From NCBI GenBank assembly GCA_965223905.1, contig CBDCXV010000011.1, forward strand, positions 1,952,001 to 2,016,000: 64,000 nucleotides of DNA, written 5' to 3'. A program made the translations under genes and the position numbers. Shown one piece after another: positions 18,332 through 29,168 of this stretch. This DNA is from Candidatus Latescibacterota bacterium. Its GTDB lineage: Bacteria; Latescibacterota; UBA2968; UBA8231. How positions within the stretch are numbered: position 1 is the stretch's first letter; every line of letters starts with the position of its first letter. The notes beneath the pieces were generated by a model, which did not search any database, was not told the DNA's origin, and saw only the letters and a program-made list of their open reading frames with translations.

Positions 18332-21028
18332 TTATATCATCCCGGTCCATTGCCCTTCGCCTTCGCGGATGAAGATCCTGCGATCGACGGGAATGTCCGT
18401 GAAGATCTCGGGATCGCTCCCGGGCCAGCGGATCTCGATCTTGTCGATCTTCGTCGCCTTGCCGAGGCCGAACTCCACCGGCGGCGAGTTCGAGCAGCCG
18501 AATCCTTCCCCGTTGTGCTTCTCGCGAAAGAGGGTCCGTCCCCCCACCGTGACGAAGATCTTGGTGTCGAGGCCGTCCCGGTTGCTCTTCGTGCCCTCGA
18601 TGTCGATGTGGATCCAGTGGTTCCCCGACTCCTGGAGATTCAGGTAGAAGGCGTTCGGGAACGGATCTCCGTGGACGAACCCGCCCTCGGGGGCGTAGAT
18701 CTCGAGATCGCCGTCGAGATCGATGTCGACGAAGGTGTCGCCGTGCCCCTTGCCCACGTTGGGGACTCCGGCCGCGAACGTGAGGTCGGTGAAGGTCCCG
18801 TCTCCGTTGTTACGGTAGAGGCGATCCGGCTCCATCCGCTCGATGGCCGGACTTCCCGTCCCGAAGTAGATGTCGAGATACCCGTCATTGTCCAGATCGG
18901 CCACCCCCGTTCCCATAGCGCCGTTCGGGTGGATGAACCCGGCCTCCACCGACACATTCGTGTACGTCCCGTCTCCGTTGTTCCGGTAGAGCCTCGTGCA
19001 GTGCCGGAGCATCTCCTTCTTCTTCTCGGCCGGTAGATCGTCGTAGCGGTCCGAAAGTCCCAGCAGCACGTGGTTCCACGGGGCGAGCGACGGGCGCAGG
19101 ATGTCGAGATCGAGATCGTTGTCGTAGTCGAAGAAGAAGCAGGTGTAGCCGGTTGTGAGAAGCTCGTCATCGAGGAGGCCGGCCTCGGCGGCCAGGTTCG
19201 TGAAGGTGCCGTTCCCGTTGTTCCGGTAGAGCCGGTTCGCCGTCTCATACCCGCTCACGAAGAGATCGGGCCACCCGTCGTCGTTGTAGTCGCCCCAGCA
19301 GTTCCCGATCGTCTTGATCCCGCGGGCCTCCTGGAGCCCCGCCTCCGCGGTCACGTCGGTGAACGTGCCGTCGAAATTGTTCCGGTACAGGGTGTTCGTG
19401 TCGCCACCCCCGGTGATTCCGTTGGCGATGTAGAGGTCGACGTCGCCGTCGTTGTCGTAATCCGACCACTGGCACACGAAGGTCGAGCCCGGGTTCCCCA
19501 GTCCGGCCGTGTCCGTCGTCTCGGTGAAGGTCCGATCCCCGTTGTTCACGAAAAACGAGTTCGTGATGGGGCCGTTCCACCCGTCGCGGCCGACGTGCAA
19601 ATCGATCCAGCCGTTGTTGTCGTAGTCCGACCAGGTCGCGCTGAAGCCGGACTGCACGTGAAACAGGTTTGCCTCCCGGGACACGTCGGTGAACGTCTCA
19701 CCGTCGTTCCGGTACAGGGCCCCGTAGCTGTCGCCGCCGGTGACGAACAGATCGTAGTCGCCGTCCCGATCGTAGTCGCCCCACGCGCTCGGCCCCAGGC
19801 CGTCGTACTTGTCGATGCCGTACTTCGCCGCCACGTCCTCGAACAGAAGGGGCGTCGGATCCCCCGGCAGCGCCAGGTCCTTGCGGAATTGAAACGTCGC
19901 CTTCCGCTTGTCCAGCGGGGTCCCGGATCCCTCGTGGGCCAGGTGAAGGAGCCAGAGATTCGTCAGTTCCTGCCGGAAGTTCTTGCTCGCTCCGGCGAGG
20001 GATTCCTCGAGGAGCTCGATGGCCTCGGCATACCGCTCCTGCTTGAGGCGCGCGAGTCCCTTGCGCCCGATCTGAAACTGCCGGAAGTCCCCCTCGACAC
20101 GCGCATCCCTCAGGAGCAGATCGGCCAGTGAGATCGACTCGTCGTAGTCCGCCATGAGCATCGCCACGCGGCTCAGCATGTAGATGATGTCCCGCGCCAT
20201 GGGCGATCCGGGGTGGATCTGGTCGTACACCCTCTCGAACTCGGTCTGGGCCATATCGAAGATGAGGGCCGACGCCATGGGCCGCAGCCCGGGACGATTG
20301 CTGTAGTTGACCCGGATCTCTCCGAGCACGAGCATCTTCGCGTAGTAAAGGCGCACCGCCGCGAGATCGGGGTACTGCGCCAGGATCTCCTCGATCACGG
20401 GGACCACCTTGCTCGGGGCGTAGTACCCTTTTCTATAGAGTCCCTGCACCGCTTCACGGAACCGGAGCAGGTCGTCCGCGTTCTTCGCCCCCTCCCTCAC
20501 CCCGACGAGCTGCAGATTCGGTCCGCTTCCCACCTGGTAGTGGCGCGCGAAAGAGGCGATCTCCATCTCGCCCATCTGGCCATACGCCTCGAAGATCGCG
20601 TCCCGGTGGGCGAGGGCGGCCGGCTCGTTCCGGCGGCGCGATTCGAGCTCGTACAGCAGGCGATGAGCCTTCACGCTGTCCGGCCGAAGAGCGAGCACCT
20701 TCTGCAAGAGCCCGATCGCCGCCTCGAGGTCGGCCGGCTTCGCCGACGTCGCGAAGATGAGCCGGGCCTGCTGAAAGAGGAGCTCCGGATCATCGGGTCG
20801 CAGCCGCGCGCACGCCTCGAACTCGGCGCGGGCCGATTCCGGAAGGTGTCGGCGGAGCTGCTCGATGCCGAGGCGCAAACGCCGCTTGAACTCCATGTCG
20901 GCGTTCGATTGCGGCTCCATTCCCGACTCCGCGTCGCCGTCTCCTCCCCCGCTGCAAGCGGGAACGAGGGCGACCGCCAGCACGAGCGCGATCCACGCGA
21001 CCGGATGGATGGTCCTAGCCATGCTCAT
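18332..21028 (-). CDS. Lipoprotein with TPR, FG-GAP repeats and ASPIC/UnbV domain
   Basis: VPAC lipobox-like, TPR helices, many DYDNDG repeats, SNRDG...FGLG. Confidence 0.88.
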   Translation of the reverse strand: MSMARTIHPVAWIALVLAVALVPACSGGGDGDAESGMEPQSNADMEFKRRLRLGIEQLRRHLPESARAEFEACARLRPDDPELLFQQARLIFATSAKPADLEAAIGLLQKVLALRPDSVKAHRLLYELESRRRNEPAALAHRDAIFEAYGQMGEMEIASFARHYQVGSGPNLQLVGVREGAKNADDLLRFREAVQGLYRKGYYAPSKVVPVIEEILAQYPDLAAVRLYYAKMLVLGEIRVNYSNRPGLRPMASALIFDMAQTEFERVYDQIHPGSPMARDIIYMLSRVAMLMADYDESISLADLLLRDARVEGDFRQFQIGRKGLARLKQERYAEAIELLEESLAGASKNFRQELTNLWLLHLAHEGSGTPLDKRKATFQFRKDLALPGDPTPLLFEDVAAKYGIDKYDGLGPSAWGDYDRDGDYDLFVTGGDSYGALYRNDGETFTDVSREANLFHVQSGFSATWSDYDNNGWIDLHVGRDGWNGPITNSFFVNNGDRTFTETTDTAGLGNPGSTFVCQWSDYDNDGDVDLYIANGITGGGDTNTLYRNNFDGTFTDVTAEAGLQEARGIKTIGNCWGDYNDDGWPDLFVSGYETANRLYRNNGNGTFTNLAAEAGLLDDELLTTGYTCFFFDYDNDLDLDILRPSLAPWNHVLLGLSDRYDDLPAEKKKEMLRHCTRLYRNNGDGTYTNVSVEAGFIHPNGAMGTGVADLDNDGYLDIYFGTGSPAIERMEPDRLYRNNGDGTFTDLTFAAGVPNVGKGHGDTFVDIDLDGDLEIYAPEGGFVHGDPFPNAFYLNLQESGNHWIHIDIEGTKSNRDGLDTKIFVTVGGRTLFREKHNGEGFGCSNSPPVEFGLGKATKIDKIEIRWPGSDPEIFTDIPVDRRIFIREGEGQWTGMI

Positions 21029-21689
21029 CCGACACGATTCTTCCATCGTCGAGCCGGACGATCCGTCTCTCCTCCGGGATCACCTCGACGTTGTGGGTGG
21101 CCACCACCACCGTCAATCCGTCGCGGTGGAGATCCCCGATCAGTTTCCAGAGGATCTCGGCGTTGCGCCGGTCCAGGTTCGCCGTGGGCTCGTCGGCGAA
21201 CAGCACGTCCGGCTGGTTCGCCAGCGCCCGCGCCAGAGCCACGCGCTGCATCTCCCCGCGGGATAGGGCGTCCGGCCGGTGGCGCGTGCGGTGGGCGATG
21301 TTCACTCGCTTGAGCAGGCACTTCGCCTCGTCCGCGTCCTGGTCGCGATTACCGAACAGCAGCGGCAGCTGGACGTTTCCCAGCACCGTGAGATGCCGCA
21401 CGAGCCGGAAGTCCTGGAACACGAATCCCATGCGCTCCCGGCGAATCCGGGCGAGCCGTCCCGACGCCGCCGACTCGAGGGCCTCGTCCTCGAACCTCAC
21501 GGCCCCGCGCGTCGGCCGGTCCATTCCTGCCAGAAGCGACAGCAACGTCGATTTCCCCGACCCGGACTCCCCCGTCACCACGACGAGTTCGCCCCGTTCG
21601 ATGGCCAGCGTCACGTCGGCGAGCGCCGTCACGCTGGTTCCCGGCTGGGGAAACTCCTTCCAGACCCCGCTCGCTCCCAAGAGCGCCAT
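21015..21689 (-). CDS. ABC transporter ATP-binding protein (LolD/MacB-like)
   Basis: GESGSGKST, LSRGEMQR, FADEPT, ATH. ATG overlaps the permease stop. Confidence 0.92.
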   Translation of the reverse strand: MALLGASGVWKEFPQPGTSVTALADVTLAIERGELVVVTGESGSGKSTLLSLLAGMDRPTRGAVRFEDEALESAASGRLARIRRERMGFVFQDFRLVRHLTVLGNVQLPLLFGNRDQDADEAKCLLKRVNIAHRTRHRPDALSRGEMQRVALARALANQPDVLFADEPTANLDRRNAEILWKLIGDLHRDGLTVVVATHNVEVIPEERRIVRLDDGRIVSDEHG

Positions 21690-22876
21690 CACGCGGCCCC
21701 CCGAATCGAAGTCAGGGGAGAAACGAGCGAGGACTTGAGCGCCGGATAGACTCCCGCGAGAAGACAGAGTACCACGACGGCGGCGCAGCTGCCGAGGAGA
21801 GTTTCCGGGGTCACGGCCACCACCGTTCCCGCCGGAACGAACGTGAGGGTGGAGCGAACGACCCACTCGGCGGTCCCTCGCAGCGCCAGGGTGAGCCCCC
21901 CCCCGACGATCACGCCCGCCAGGCCAAGCAGCAGGGACTCGGACAAGACGAGCTGGAAGAGGGTCCCGCCCGGGCATCCCAGCGCCCGCAGCACCCCCAT
22001 TTCCGGAATCCGCTCGTTCACCGTGATGAGGGCGACGTTGAACACCCCCATGAGGGCGACGAGGAGGCACAGGGCCCCGAACGCCAGCAGCAGAGCCCGC
22101 ACCCCGCTCAGGATGTTGAGGATCGTCCCCTGCACCTGGGACATCCGCACCACCTGTAGCGACGGAATGTCGTACAGGCGATCGATGAAGCCGCCGGCAT
22201 TGCTCATGTCGTGCAGGCGAATTCCGATCCCGGTGAGGCGGTCCCGTCGCTCGAACAGGTCCTGGTTCACCTCGAGGGGCAGGAAGATCGTTCCATCGTC
22301 CTGGGTTCCGAGCTTGTCGAGGATCCCCCGGACGGTGAAGGTCCGGCCCTGCACCCCGATGGTGTCCCCGATTCCGAGGCGACGGTACTCGGCCACGTTG
22401 AATCCGAGGATGGCCTCGTCGGCGAGCGCGCCGCTGAACCACTTCCCCCGCTGGAATTCGACGCCGGGCTTCAGCGCGAGAAAGTTCTCGTCGATTCCGA
22501 CATAGAGCTGGTAGGAGCTTCCGTCGCGATCGGGAACGGTCTGCATGAAAAACCGCGTCGCGTCCTTCACATCGGGCTGCTCCACGATATGGCGATACAC
22601 CTCCTCGCGGATGTACATCGGAATGGAGCCCCCGCGCAGGATCAGGGTCGCCGCCTCGTGAGGGCATCCCTTTCCCGTCACGAGAATCTGGTACCCCATG
22701 GAGTCGATGTTGTGATTGAGGGATTGCTCGTAGCCGGACTGGAAGCCGAGAATGCTGGCCACCAGCGCGGTGGCGAGCCCCACCGCGACGATGGTGAGGA
22801 GGGTCCGGGTCTTGTGAAAAGCCAGGCTCTGGAAGGCCCAGGAGGCAATCATTCGCAACCGTCGGGCGGAACCCAT
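21689..22876 (-). CDS. ABC transporter permease (FtsX/MacB-like)
   Basis: KTRTLLT TM, periplasmic domain, ERIPEMGVLRALG, YPA. Confidence 0.9.
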   Translation of the reverse strand: MGSARRLRMIASWAFQSLAFHKTRTLLTIVAVGLATALVASILGFQSGYEQSLNHNIDSMGYQILVTGKGCPHEAATLILRGGSIPMYIREEVYRHIVEQPDVKDATRFFMQTVPDRDGSSYQLYVGIDENFLALKPGVEFQRGKWFSGALADEAILGFNVAEYRRLGIGDTIGVQGRTFTVRGILDKLGTQDDGTIFLPLEVNQDLFERRDRLTGIGIRLHDMSNAGGFIDRLYDIPSLQVVRMSQVQGTILNILSGVRALLLAFGALCLLVALMGVFNVALITVNERIPEMGVLRALGCPGGTLFQLVLSESLLLGLAGVIVGGGLTLALRGTAEWVVRSTLTFVPAGTVVAVTPETLLGSCAAVVVLCLLAGVYPALKSSLVSPLTSIRGAA

Positions 22877-22885
22877 GGTCGTCCC

Positions 22886-23293
22886 TTACTTCACTACGAG
22901 TCCCACAGCGTGAATGGCGAGGTCCGGCTTCTCTCCCACGAGCTTGCCCACGAGGATGGCGCTCTTCCCCTCGATTCTCGTCGGTACGGTGAAGGTCGCT
23001 CCCCCCTTCAGATCCACAAAAATCTCCACCGGCTCCTCTCCCGTGAGATCGCGCAGAGTGAGCCAGCAGCCGGCCGACCGGCACACCGTGGCGATGATGC
23101 CGGAGACGGTGATGGACTCCTCGCGATTCGCGGGGAGATCCGCCATCAGATCCTTCAAGGGGGTGGCCGCGGCCTCATCCACCGGCTCGCCGTACGCCCC
23201 CGATCCTCCCTCACCGCAACCGGATACGAAGCCGGCGAGAACAGCCACGATGGCGGTGGTCCGGAGGATCCTCCAGCCGAGACGGGTCGGCAT
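22886..23293 (-). CDS. Small OB-fold-like lipoprotein (DUF4920-like)
   Basis: VSGC lipobox, YGEP, VCRSAGCW. Confidence 0.65.
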   Translation of the reverse strand: MPTRLGWRILRTTAIVAVLAGFVSGCGEGGSGAYGEPVDEAAATPLKDLMADLPANREESITVSGIIATVCRSAGCWLTLRDLTGEEPVEIFVDLKGGATFTVPTRIEGKSAILVGKLVGEKPDLAIHAVGLVVK

Positions 23294-23563
23294 GGTCGAC
23301 TCCCGTCGGGCGCCCGAGGTTCGTGCACCCGTATCCGGCGAAACGGAAAGTGGTTATAAACGGCATTATCAGTAGTCGGTCAAGATAAAGGGTTATGCGC
23401 AACTTCGCGGCGCTACGCAACGCATACACCCTGTATCCTTATCATTTCTTTCCGGACTTCAGTCCGGTGGTGTTTCGTTTTGTGCCGAAAGTCCTTGCTG
23501 ACGCATCGTCAAGCAGAGTGGTCGATTGTTGCGAGTCACTTCCTCGGAGATAGGCTGATTCTG

Positions 23564-25009
23564 ATGCGGGTAACGCTGCGCCGAACCAGCTGGTTTGTGG
23601 CACTGCTGATCGTGGTGATCGCTGCGTCGTGGGCGTTCGACCTGTTCGTCGGTCCGCCGGTTCCCGAGCCGACCGATCTCGATCAGATGGACCCCATCGT
23701 CGCCGAAGCCGTCCGAGACGCGCTCGAATCCGCTCGCCGACAGAGAGGCAATGAGAGCCGCCGAATGACACTTGGCATGGTGTACGAAGCAAACGGGATG
23801 CTTGGCCTCGCCATGGCATGCTATGACGAGGTGGCAGAGACCCGACCGCAGGATGCTCAGGTTCAGTATCGCATCGCTCAGGTAGAGGAACGCGGTGGAG
23901 ACCTCAGGGTAGCAATTGAGTCGGCACAGCGGGCCGTCGAACTCGATCCCTCCTACGAGCCGGCCCGCGCTCAGCTCGGTCTCTGGCTGCTCGATGACGG
24001 AAGAATGGATGAAGCTGCGGCACATTTCTGCGAGGTTGTCGAACGTGAACCTAATAATGAGGCGGCGCTCTTCGGAATGGTGCTTCATGCGATCCGCGCG
24101 CGCGAGCCCGAGCGGGCCTCGAAGCTGCTACTCGAGCATGATCTTCTCAACGGTTCGAATTCGGGCTACGCGAAACACCTCGACTTGATCATCCGCCGAC
24201 AACTGGGAGAGCAAGTGAGCGTTACCGAGGCAGGGTCGAGAAGCGAGCAGGTTCGACCGCAGTGGCGCGACCCATGGAATGATGCGGTCAAGGCGCATCA
24301 GACGGGTGTGAGGTTGCTCCGGAGGGCAGCCCGCAGCCACATGAGTCGAGGACAGTATGCACACGCGGCGAATCTGCTCGAGCGTGCTCGCCGCGCGGAA
24401 CCCGAGAACACGCGGATTCTGATTACGCTGGCAACCTGTTACCGCAATCAGGGGCGGATCAAGGAGTCCATCGCCGTTCTCGACGAAGCGTTTCGGCTCG
24501 ATCCGGATGACTACTGGACGAATCTGAATCGCGCCGACATGCTACTCGCTGAGCGTCACGCGGACGCAGATGCCCTGCGTTTCGCCTACGAGCATGCCCG
24601 GGCTGCAACACGGGCCCGACCGGAATCTGGCGATGCGTGGGTGCTCATCGGACGAGCCTGTCAGGCCCTGCGCCGATTCGACGAGGCAATCGATGCGTTC
24701 CTGCACGCGTATGAAGTGGACAGTCGAGACTCCTCGGTTCTCACTCAGGCTGGGTTTCTGCTCTACCAACAGGGGCGCAGGGATGAGGCGGAACAGCTCT
24801 TCCATCGGGTGTGCGAGCTGGATCAGCAAGCCGGATCGCCGCGCATCGGATTGGCGATGATTGCGATTGATCGAAAGCATGTGAATGAAGCCAGCGCGCT
24901 ATTGGAAGAAACGCTCCATCTGCGGCATGATCATGCCAAACTCTGGGAGCATGCCGTCGAGCGACTCCATGGATTGCGTATCAAGATGACCGGGAACGAG
25001 AATGATTGA
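23564..25009 (+). CDS. Tetratricopeptide repeat protein
   Basis: N-terminal TM and repeated A..LDP TPR units. Overlaps the next gene. Confidence 0.85.
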   Translation: MRVTLRRTSWFVALLIVVIAASWAFDLFVGPPVPEPTDLDQMDPIVAEAVRDALESARRQRGNESRRMTLGMVYEANGMLGLAMACYDEVAETRPQDAQVQYRIAQVEERGGDLRVAIESAQRAVELDPSYEPARAQLGLWLLDDGRMDEAAAHFCEVVEREPNNEAALFGMVLHAIRAREPERASKLLLEHDLLNGSNSGYAKHLDLIIRRQLGEQVSVTEAGSRSEQVRPQWRDPWNDAVKAHQTGVRLLRRAARSHMSRGQYAHAANLLERARRAEPENTRILITLATCYRNQGRIKESIAVLDEAFRLDPDDYWTNLNRADMLLAERHADADALRFAYEHARAATRARPESGDAWVLIGRACQALRRFDEAIDAFLHAYEVDSRDSSVLTQAGFLLYQQGRRDEAEQLFHRVCELDQQAGSPRIGLAMIAIDRKHVNEASALLEETLHLRHDHAKLWEHAVERLHGLRIKMTGNEND

Positions 25010-26705
25010 TTGGCGCGAAATACAGGCGCGGCGCGCCCTCCGATACGTATTCGTGCTGCCGCTCCTTTGCGCAGGATGTGACGGCTCGACCGAAGCGCCC
25101 GCTGCGGAGGAACCCGTGGAAGCCGTCGGGGATGCGTGGTTCAGTGACGTTGCCGAGCAGCGGGGGATTTCATTTACGCATGTAAGCGGCGCCTCCGATG
25201 CAATGTATTTTCCCGAGATCATGGGAGGCGGGGCGGCGGTTTTCGATCTGGAGAACGATGGAGATCTCGACGTCTATCTCGTGCAGAGCGGTCGGATTGC
25301 GGGCGACGATCCGGATCAGCCGGGCAATCGATTGTTTCGAAATGACGCCGCCGGCGTGTTTGAGGACGTGACGGAAGGCAGCGGAGCCGACGATCGTGGA
25401 TATGGAATGGGGGTGACGACCGGTGACTTCGACCATGACGGTCTTACCGATCTGTATGTCACGAATGTTGGGCCGAACGCTCTCCTGCGCAACCGAGGCG
25501 GCGTTACCTTTGAGGATGTCAGCCGCCACGCGAATGTTGCTCACAACGGGTGGGGGACGAGTTGCGCCTTCGTCGATACCGATCACGATGGCGATCTCGA
25601 TCTCTACGTTGCGAACTACATCATCTGGTCGCCCGATGATGAACTGCAGTGCAGGGACAGCGGCATGCCGGATTACTGCAGTCCGAACAGTTATCAGGCT
25701 CCTGCGGCCGATGTGCTGTACGAGAATCAGGGTGATGGGCGATTCCTTGATATCTCCGCGAAAGCGGGGATGCGCACGGCTTTCGGGAATGGCCTCGGCG
25801 TGGTCTGTGATGATTACGACAATGACGGATTCATCGACATCTTCGTCGCCAATGATCAACTGCCCAACCAACTCTGGCGTAACAACGGTGATGGCACGTT
25901 CAGGGACGTTGCAGTGGAATCCGGTGCTGCGATCGACGCCAGCGGGGAGGCCAAAGCGGGCATGGGCGTCACCGCGGCGGACATTGATGATGACGGCGAT
26001 TCTGACTTGCTCGTCGTGAATCTCGAGACCCAGTCTGATTCCTTCTATCGCAACGAAGGTGCGTATTTCATGGACGACACCCCACAGGTCGGTCTCGGCG
26101 CGATCACACGCAAGCCGACTCGATTCGGCGTCGGTCTGTATGACTTCAACAACGATGGCTGGTTGGATCTCTTCGAAGCGAACGGTCGCGTCACCCGACC
26201 GAAGACGGAGCAAGCAGAGCACGCTGATCCCTATGCCGAAGCTGACCTGCTTCTTGCGGGCGGGCCGTCCGGTCGATTCGAGCAATTCGGTCCACCGGGC
26301 GGGACGGTCGCGTCCCTGATCGCAACCAGTCGGGCGGCGGCCTTTGGCGACCTGGAGAACGACGGCGGCGTAGATATCGTGATCGTCAATCGCGATCACC
26401 GGCTCTGGGTGCTCCACAACATTGCGCCGCGGGAACACTGGATCATGTTCCGTGTGGAAAATGTCGATGGAGGAATTGCCCACGATGCCCGCGTGACGGT
26501 GACCCTCGGCGATCGCATGGTGACGAGGTCGGTGCGAGTTGCATCCAGTTACTGTGCCGCGAATGATCCTCGTGTGCACTTCGGATTGGGCAGTCAGGAC
26601 GAGGTTCGCGAGGTTCGCGTAACGTGGCAAGACGGCCATCAGGAATCCTCAGGCCCGTTCCGGGCTGATCAGATCGTCAGCCTGCGTCGAACCGCCCACA
26701 GGTGA
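25002..26705 (+). CDS. CRTAC1-like FG-GAP/ASPIC-UnbV lipoprotein
   Basis: CAGC lipobox, YFPEIMGGG, D.D.DG repeats, SSYCAANDPRVHFGLG. Confidence 0.9.
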   Translation: MIDWREIQARRALRYVFVLPLLCAGCDGSTEAPAAEEPVEAVGDAWFSDVAEQRGISFTHVSGASDAMYFPEIMGGGAAVFDLENDGDLDVYLVQSGRIAGDDPDQPGNRLFRNDAAGVFEDVTEGSGADDRGYGMGVTTGDFDHDGLTDLYVTNVGPNALLRNRGGVTFEDVSRHANVAHNGWGTSCAFVDTDHDGDLDLYVANYIIWSPDDELQCRDSGMPDYCSPNSYQAPAADVLYENQGDGRFLDISAKAGMRTAFGNGLGVVCDDYDNDGFIDIFVANDQLPNQLWRNNGDGTFRDVAVESGAAIDASGEAKAGMGVTAADIDDDGDSDLLVVNLETQSDSFYRNEGAYFMDDTPQVGLGAITRKPTRFGVGLYDFNNDGWLDLFEANGRVTRPKTEQAEHADPYAEADLLLAGGPSGRFEQFGPPGGTVASLIATSRAAAFGDLENDGGVDIVIVNRDHRLWVLHNIAPREHWIMFRVENVDGGIAHDARVTVTLGDRMVTRSVRVASSYCAANDPRVHFGLGSQDEVREVRVTWQDGHQESSGPFRADQIVSLRRTAHR

Positions 26706-26837
26706 TTCGTGAAGTTTCGCCGAATAGCTACCCGTCAGTTGGCTCGCCCGCGCGCGCTCTAACCGAGCCGCTACCCTGAAGAGCATCGCATCGCGGAACA
26801 TTCGACGATCCCTGTCCGATCCACCCCTCGGCCGGAC

Positions 26838-27902
26838 TCAGGCGAGGGCCTCCCGGAGGAAGTCGTAGGCGCGGGCGCCGCTGATCTGGTGCCGCCCCGA
26901 GAAGATATCCGCCTTCACCTGTCCGCCGGCACCAAAAACCCCGTACACACTGCGCGCCTTGGCCAGGCCTGAGCGCACTGCGGAAACCGGGAAGATCGGG
27001 TCGTGGGTGCCGGCTTCCACCAGCATCGGCCGCGGGGCGATGAGGCCGGCCAGATCGTGCATCTCGCCGAACTCCGACAAGCCCGGCACGTAGTTGCAGG
27101 GACAGTGCGCCATGGCGAAGAGGCTGTCCCGGAAGGTCGAGAAATAGCCGCTGACCACGCAGGCGCGGATGCGCTCGTCGATGCAGGTGGAGAAGAAGGT
27201 GTGCATGCCGCCCCCGGAAATACCCATGGCTCCGAGGCGGTTGGTGTCGAACTCGGGGTGGGTCTCGAGGTAGTCGACGAGGCGCAGGCCGTCGCGCACG
27301 CGGATGCCGACCACCGAGGTTCCGAGGTGGAAGGCGAGCATGGCCATGTGGGCGCAGGTCGAAGGCGTCCCCTGCCCGAGGTCGAGGTGGGAGAAATCGG
27401 TAAGGCGCTCGCCGAAGCCGGAGATCTCGGGGGCGGCCACGGCAAAGCCGGCGCGGCACAGGGCGACGCCGAAATCCTTGTGGTACCCGTCGGGGACGTC
27501 CCGCTCGCCGCCGTCCTCCCACAGGCCGACGATATCCTTCACTCCGTACCCGTGGCCGTGGAAGGCCACCACCGAGGGCAGGGGTCCCTCGGCGCCTTTG
27601 GGCAGCAGGATGTACACCGGCATCTGCGCGTGGGGACCGGTGCGCAGGAGGATCTTCTCGCGCAGGTAATCCCCCTTGTCCACCACCTCGATCCTGCGGG
27701 GCGCCGGGGGCGTGGCGTCGCCTGCCTCCAGGCGGAGAAGCCCGGCGAGGGCCCGGCGCGTCGTCTTCTGCCAGCGCCGCGCCACGGCGGGAGTTTCCGC
27801 CTTGAAGGCGCGGGGGGCTGCCGCCGGGTCGTACTGCTTCCACAGCGACGTCGCCGGTTGCAGCGGTTTCATGGTGCGGATGTCGAGTACCCTGGAAGCC
27901 AT
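26838..27902 (-). CDS. Alpha/beta hydrolase (dienelactone hydrolase/acetylesterase-like)
   Basis: HGHG, GISGGG, IAPRP, D and H catalytic positions. Confidence 0.85.
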   Translation of the reverse strand: MASRVLDIRTMKPLQPATSLWKQYDPAAAPRAFKAETPAVARRWQKTTRRALAGLLRLEAGDATPPAPRRIEVVDKGDYLREKILLRTGPHAQMPVYILLPKGAEGPLPSVVAFHGHGYGVKDIVGLWEDGGERDVPDGYHKDFGVALCRAGFAVAAPEISGFGERLTDFSHLDLGQGTPSTCAHMAMLAFHLGTSVVGIRVRDGLRLVDYLETHPEFDTNRLGAMGISGGGMHTFFSTCIDERIRACVVSGYFSTFRDSLFAMAHCPCNYVPGLSEFGEMHDLAGLIAPRPMLVEAGTHDPIFPVSAVRSGLAKARSVYGVFGAGGQVKADIFSGRHQISGARAYDFLREALA

Positions 27903-27972
27903 GCTGTTCCTCCTCGAGGGCGGCCGGGGCCGCCGGTTTTTTGCAAACAGTGAAAGCCTGCGCGCCCGTGGC

Positions 27973-29034
27973 CTACATCCGGATCCAGTCCGCCAGCTTC
28001 TCGTGCTGGAATATCATGGTCTCCTGGATGCTCGAAACCCGTCCCGCCCCCGCTTCCCTGGCGCGTTGGTACATCGCGTGGGCGATCGCCACGTCGACGT
28101 AGGCGAGGCCGACGGCGTTGAAGTAGGCCCGCTCCTCAGGCGTCTCCCTTCCGCTCTTCTCGCCGGCGATGACCTCGACCAGGTTGGCGTGGACATCCTC
28201 GTCCCGAAGCTCGCCGTCCTTGTACATGCGGCTGAGGGTCTGCGTCCGGTGCTTCACGGTTTCCCAGTCGTCGCAGACGATCTTGTCGCACTGCTTCGCC
28301 ACCCCGTACTCGTCCTCCCAGCCGCCGATATGGCTGTAGAAGCTGCCCGGCTTCATCCACGCCGCCTTGAGAAGAGGGGCCTGGGCGCTGGTGGCGGTAA
28401 CGAGGATGTCCGCCCCTTCCATGGCCTGCTCCGCCTTCGTTCCCGCGGCGGCGAAGCGCATGTCTCCGAACAGGGGCTGCATCTCCTCGATGAACTGCTG
28501 CTCCTCGGCGGCCAACTTGGCTGAAACCCGGCACTCCTCGATCCCGGGAACGACCGTTTTCATGCCGATCAGGTGCATCTTGGCCTGCTCGCCCGCCCCG
28601 ATGAAGGCGATGCTCCCGGAGTCGGGCCGCGCCAGATGCCTAGCGGCAAGGGCTCCCATCGCCCCGACGCGGACGTTGGAGCACAGGGTTCCATCCATGA
28701 AGGCGATGGGGAAGCCGCGCTCGATCTCCGACAGGACGATCACCGCCGACAGGTTCTGCATGCCGTACTTCTCGGGATTGCGGGGAAACACCGACACCCA
28801 CTTGACCCCGCATACCTTTTCCGGCAGCAGGGTTGCCGGCAGGCAGTTGATCCGCTCCTGGGTATCGTCGTCGAAGATCTGCACCACCTTGTCCGGGAAG
28901 AGGATCTCGTCCCTCCGGAAAGCGAGCATGGCGTTTTCCGCGGCGCTAATGGCCAGCCGCATATCGAAGCAGCCGGCTTCAAGGAGGTCCTCCTGCGAGA
29001 GGAAGAGGCACTCGATGCGGTTCCTGTCGGTCAT
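27973..29034 (-). CDS. Ornithine cyclodeaminase/mu-crystallin family protein
   Basis: GVKWVSVFP.NP, IGAGEQA, ADILVTAT, NAVGLAYVD. Confidence 0.88.
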   Translation of the reverse strand: MTDRNRIECLFLSQEDLLEAGCFDMRLAISAAENAMLAFRRDEILFPDKVVQIFDDDTQERINCLPATLLPEKVCGVKWVSVFPRNPEKYGMQNLSAVIVLSEIERGFPIAFMDGTLCSNVRVGAMGALAARHLARPDSGSIAFIGAGEQAKMHLIGMKTVVPGIEECRVSAKLAAEEQQFIEEMQPLFGDMRFAAAGTKAEQAMEGADILVTATSAQAPLLKAAWMKPGSFYSHIGGWEDEYGVAKQCDKIVCDDWETVKHRTQTLSRMYKDGELRDEDVHANLVEVIAGEKSGRETPEERAYFNAVGLAYVDVAIAHAMYQRAREAGAGRVSSIQETMIFQHEKLADWIRM

Positions 29035-29168
29035 GGTTTCGCCTTTCTCAGCTGTTCGCTCGGCCCGGGATGGAACCTGATATCGGCCGCATCCATCCGG
29101 TAGTGCGGCCACACTTCATCGTTCCCCGCTTGATGGCTCCGGCCTGCCTGACGCTGGCTGCAAGTTTT

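Noticed and set aside
21690-23084. N-terminal extension of the 689-aa ORF
   Set aside because: Off-frame overlap with the permease; only 21015-21689 is the ATPase.
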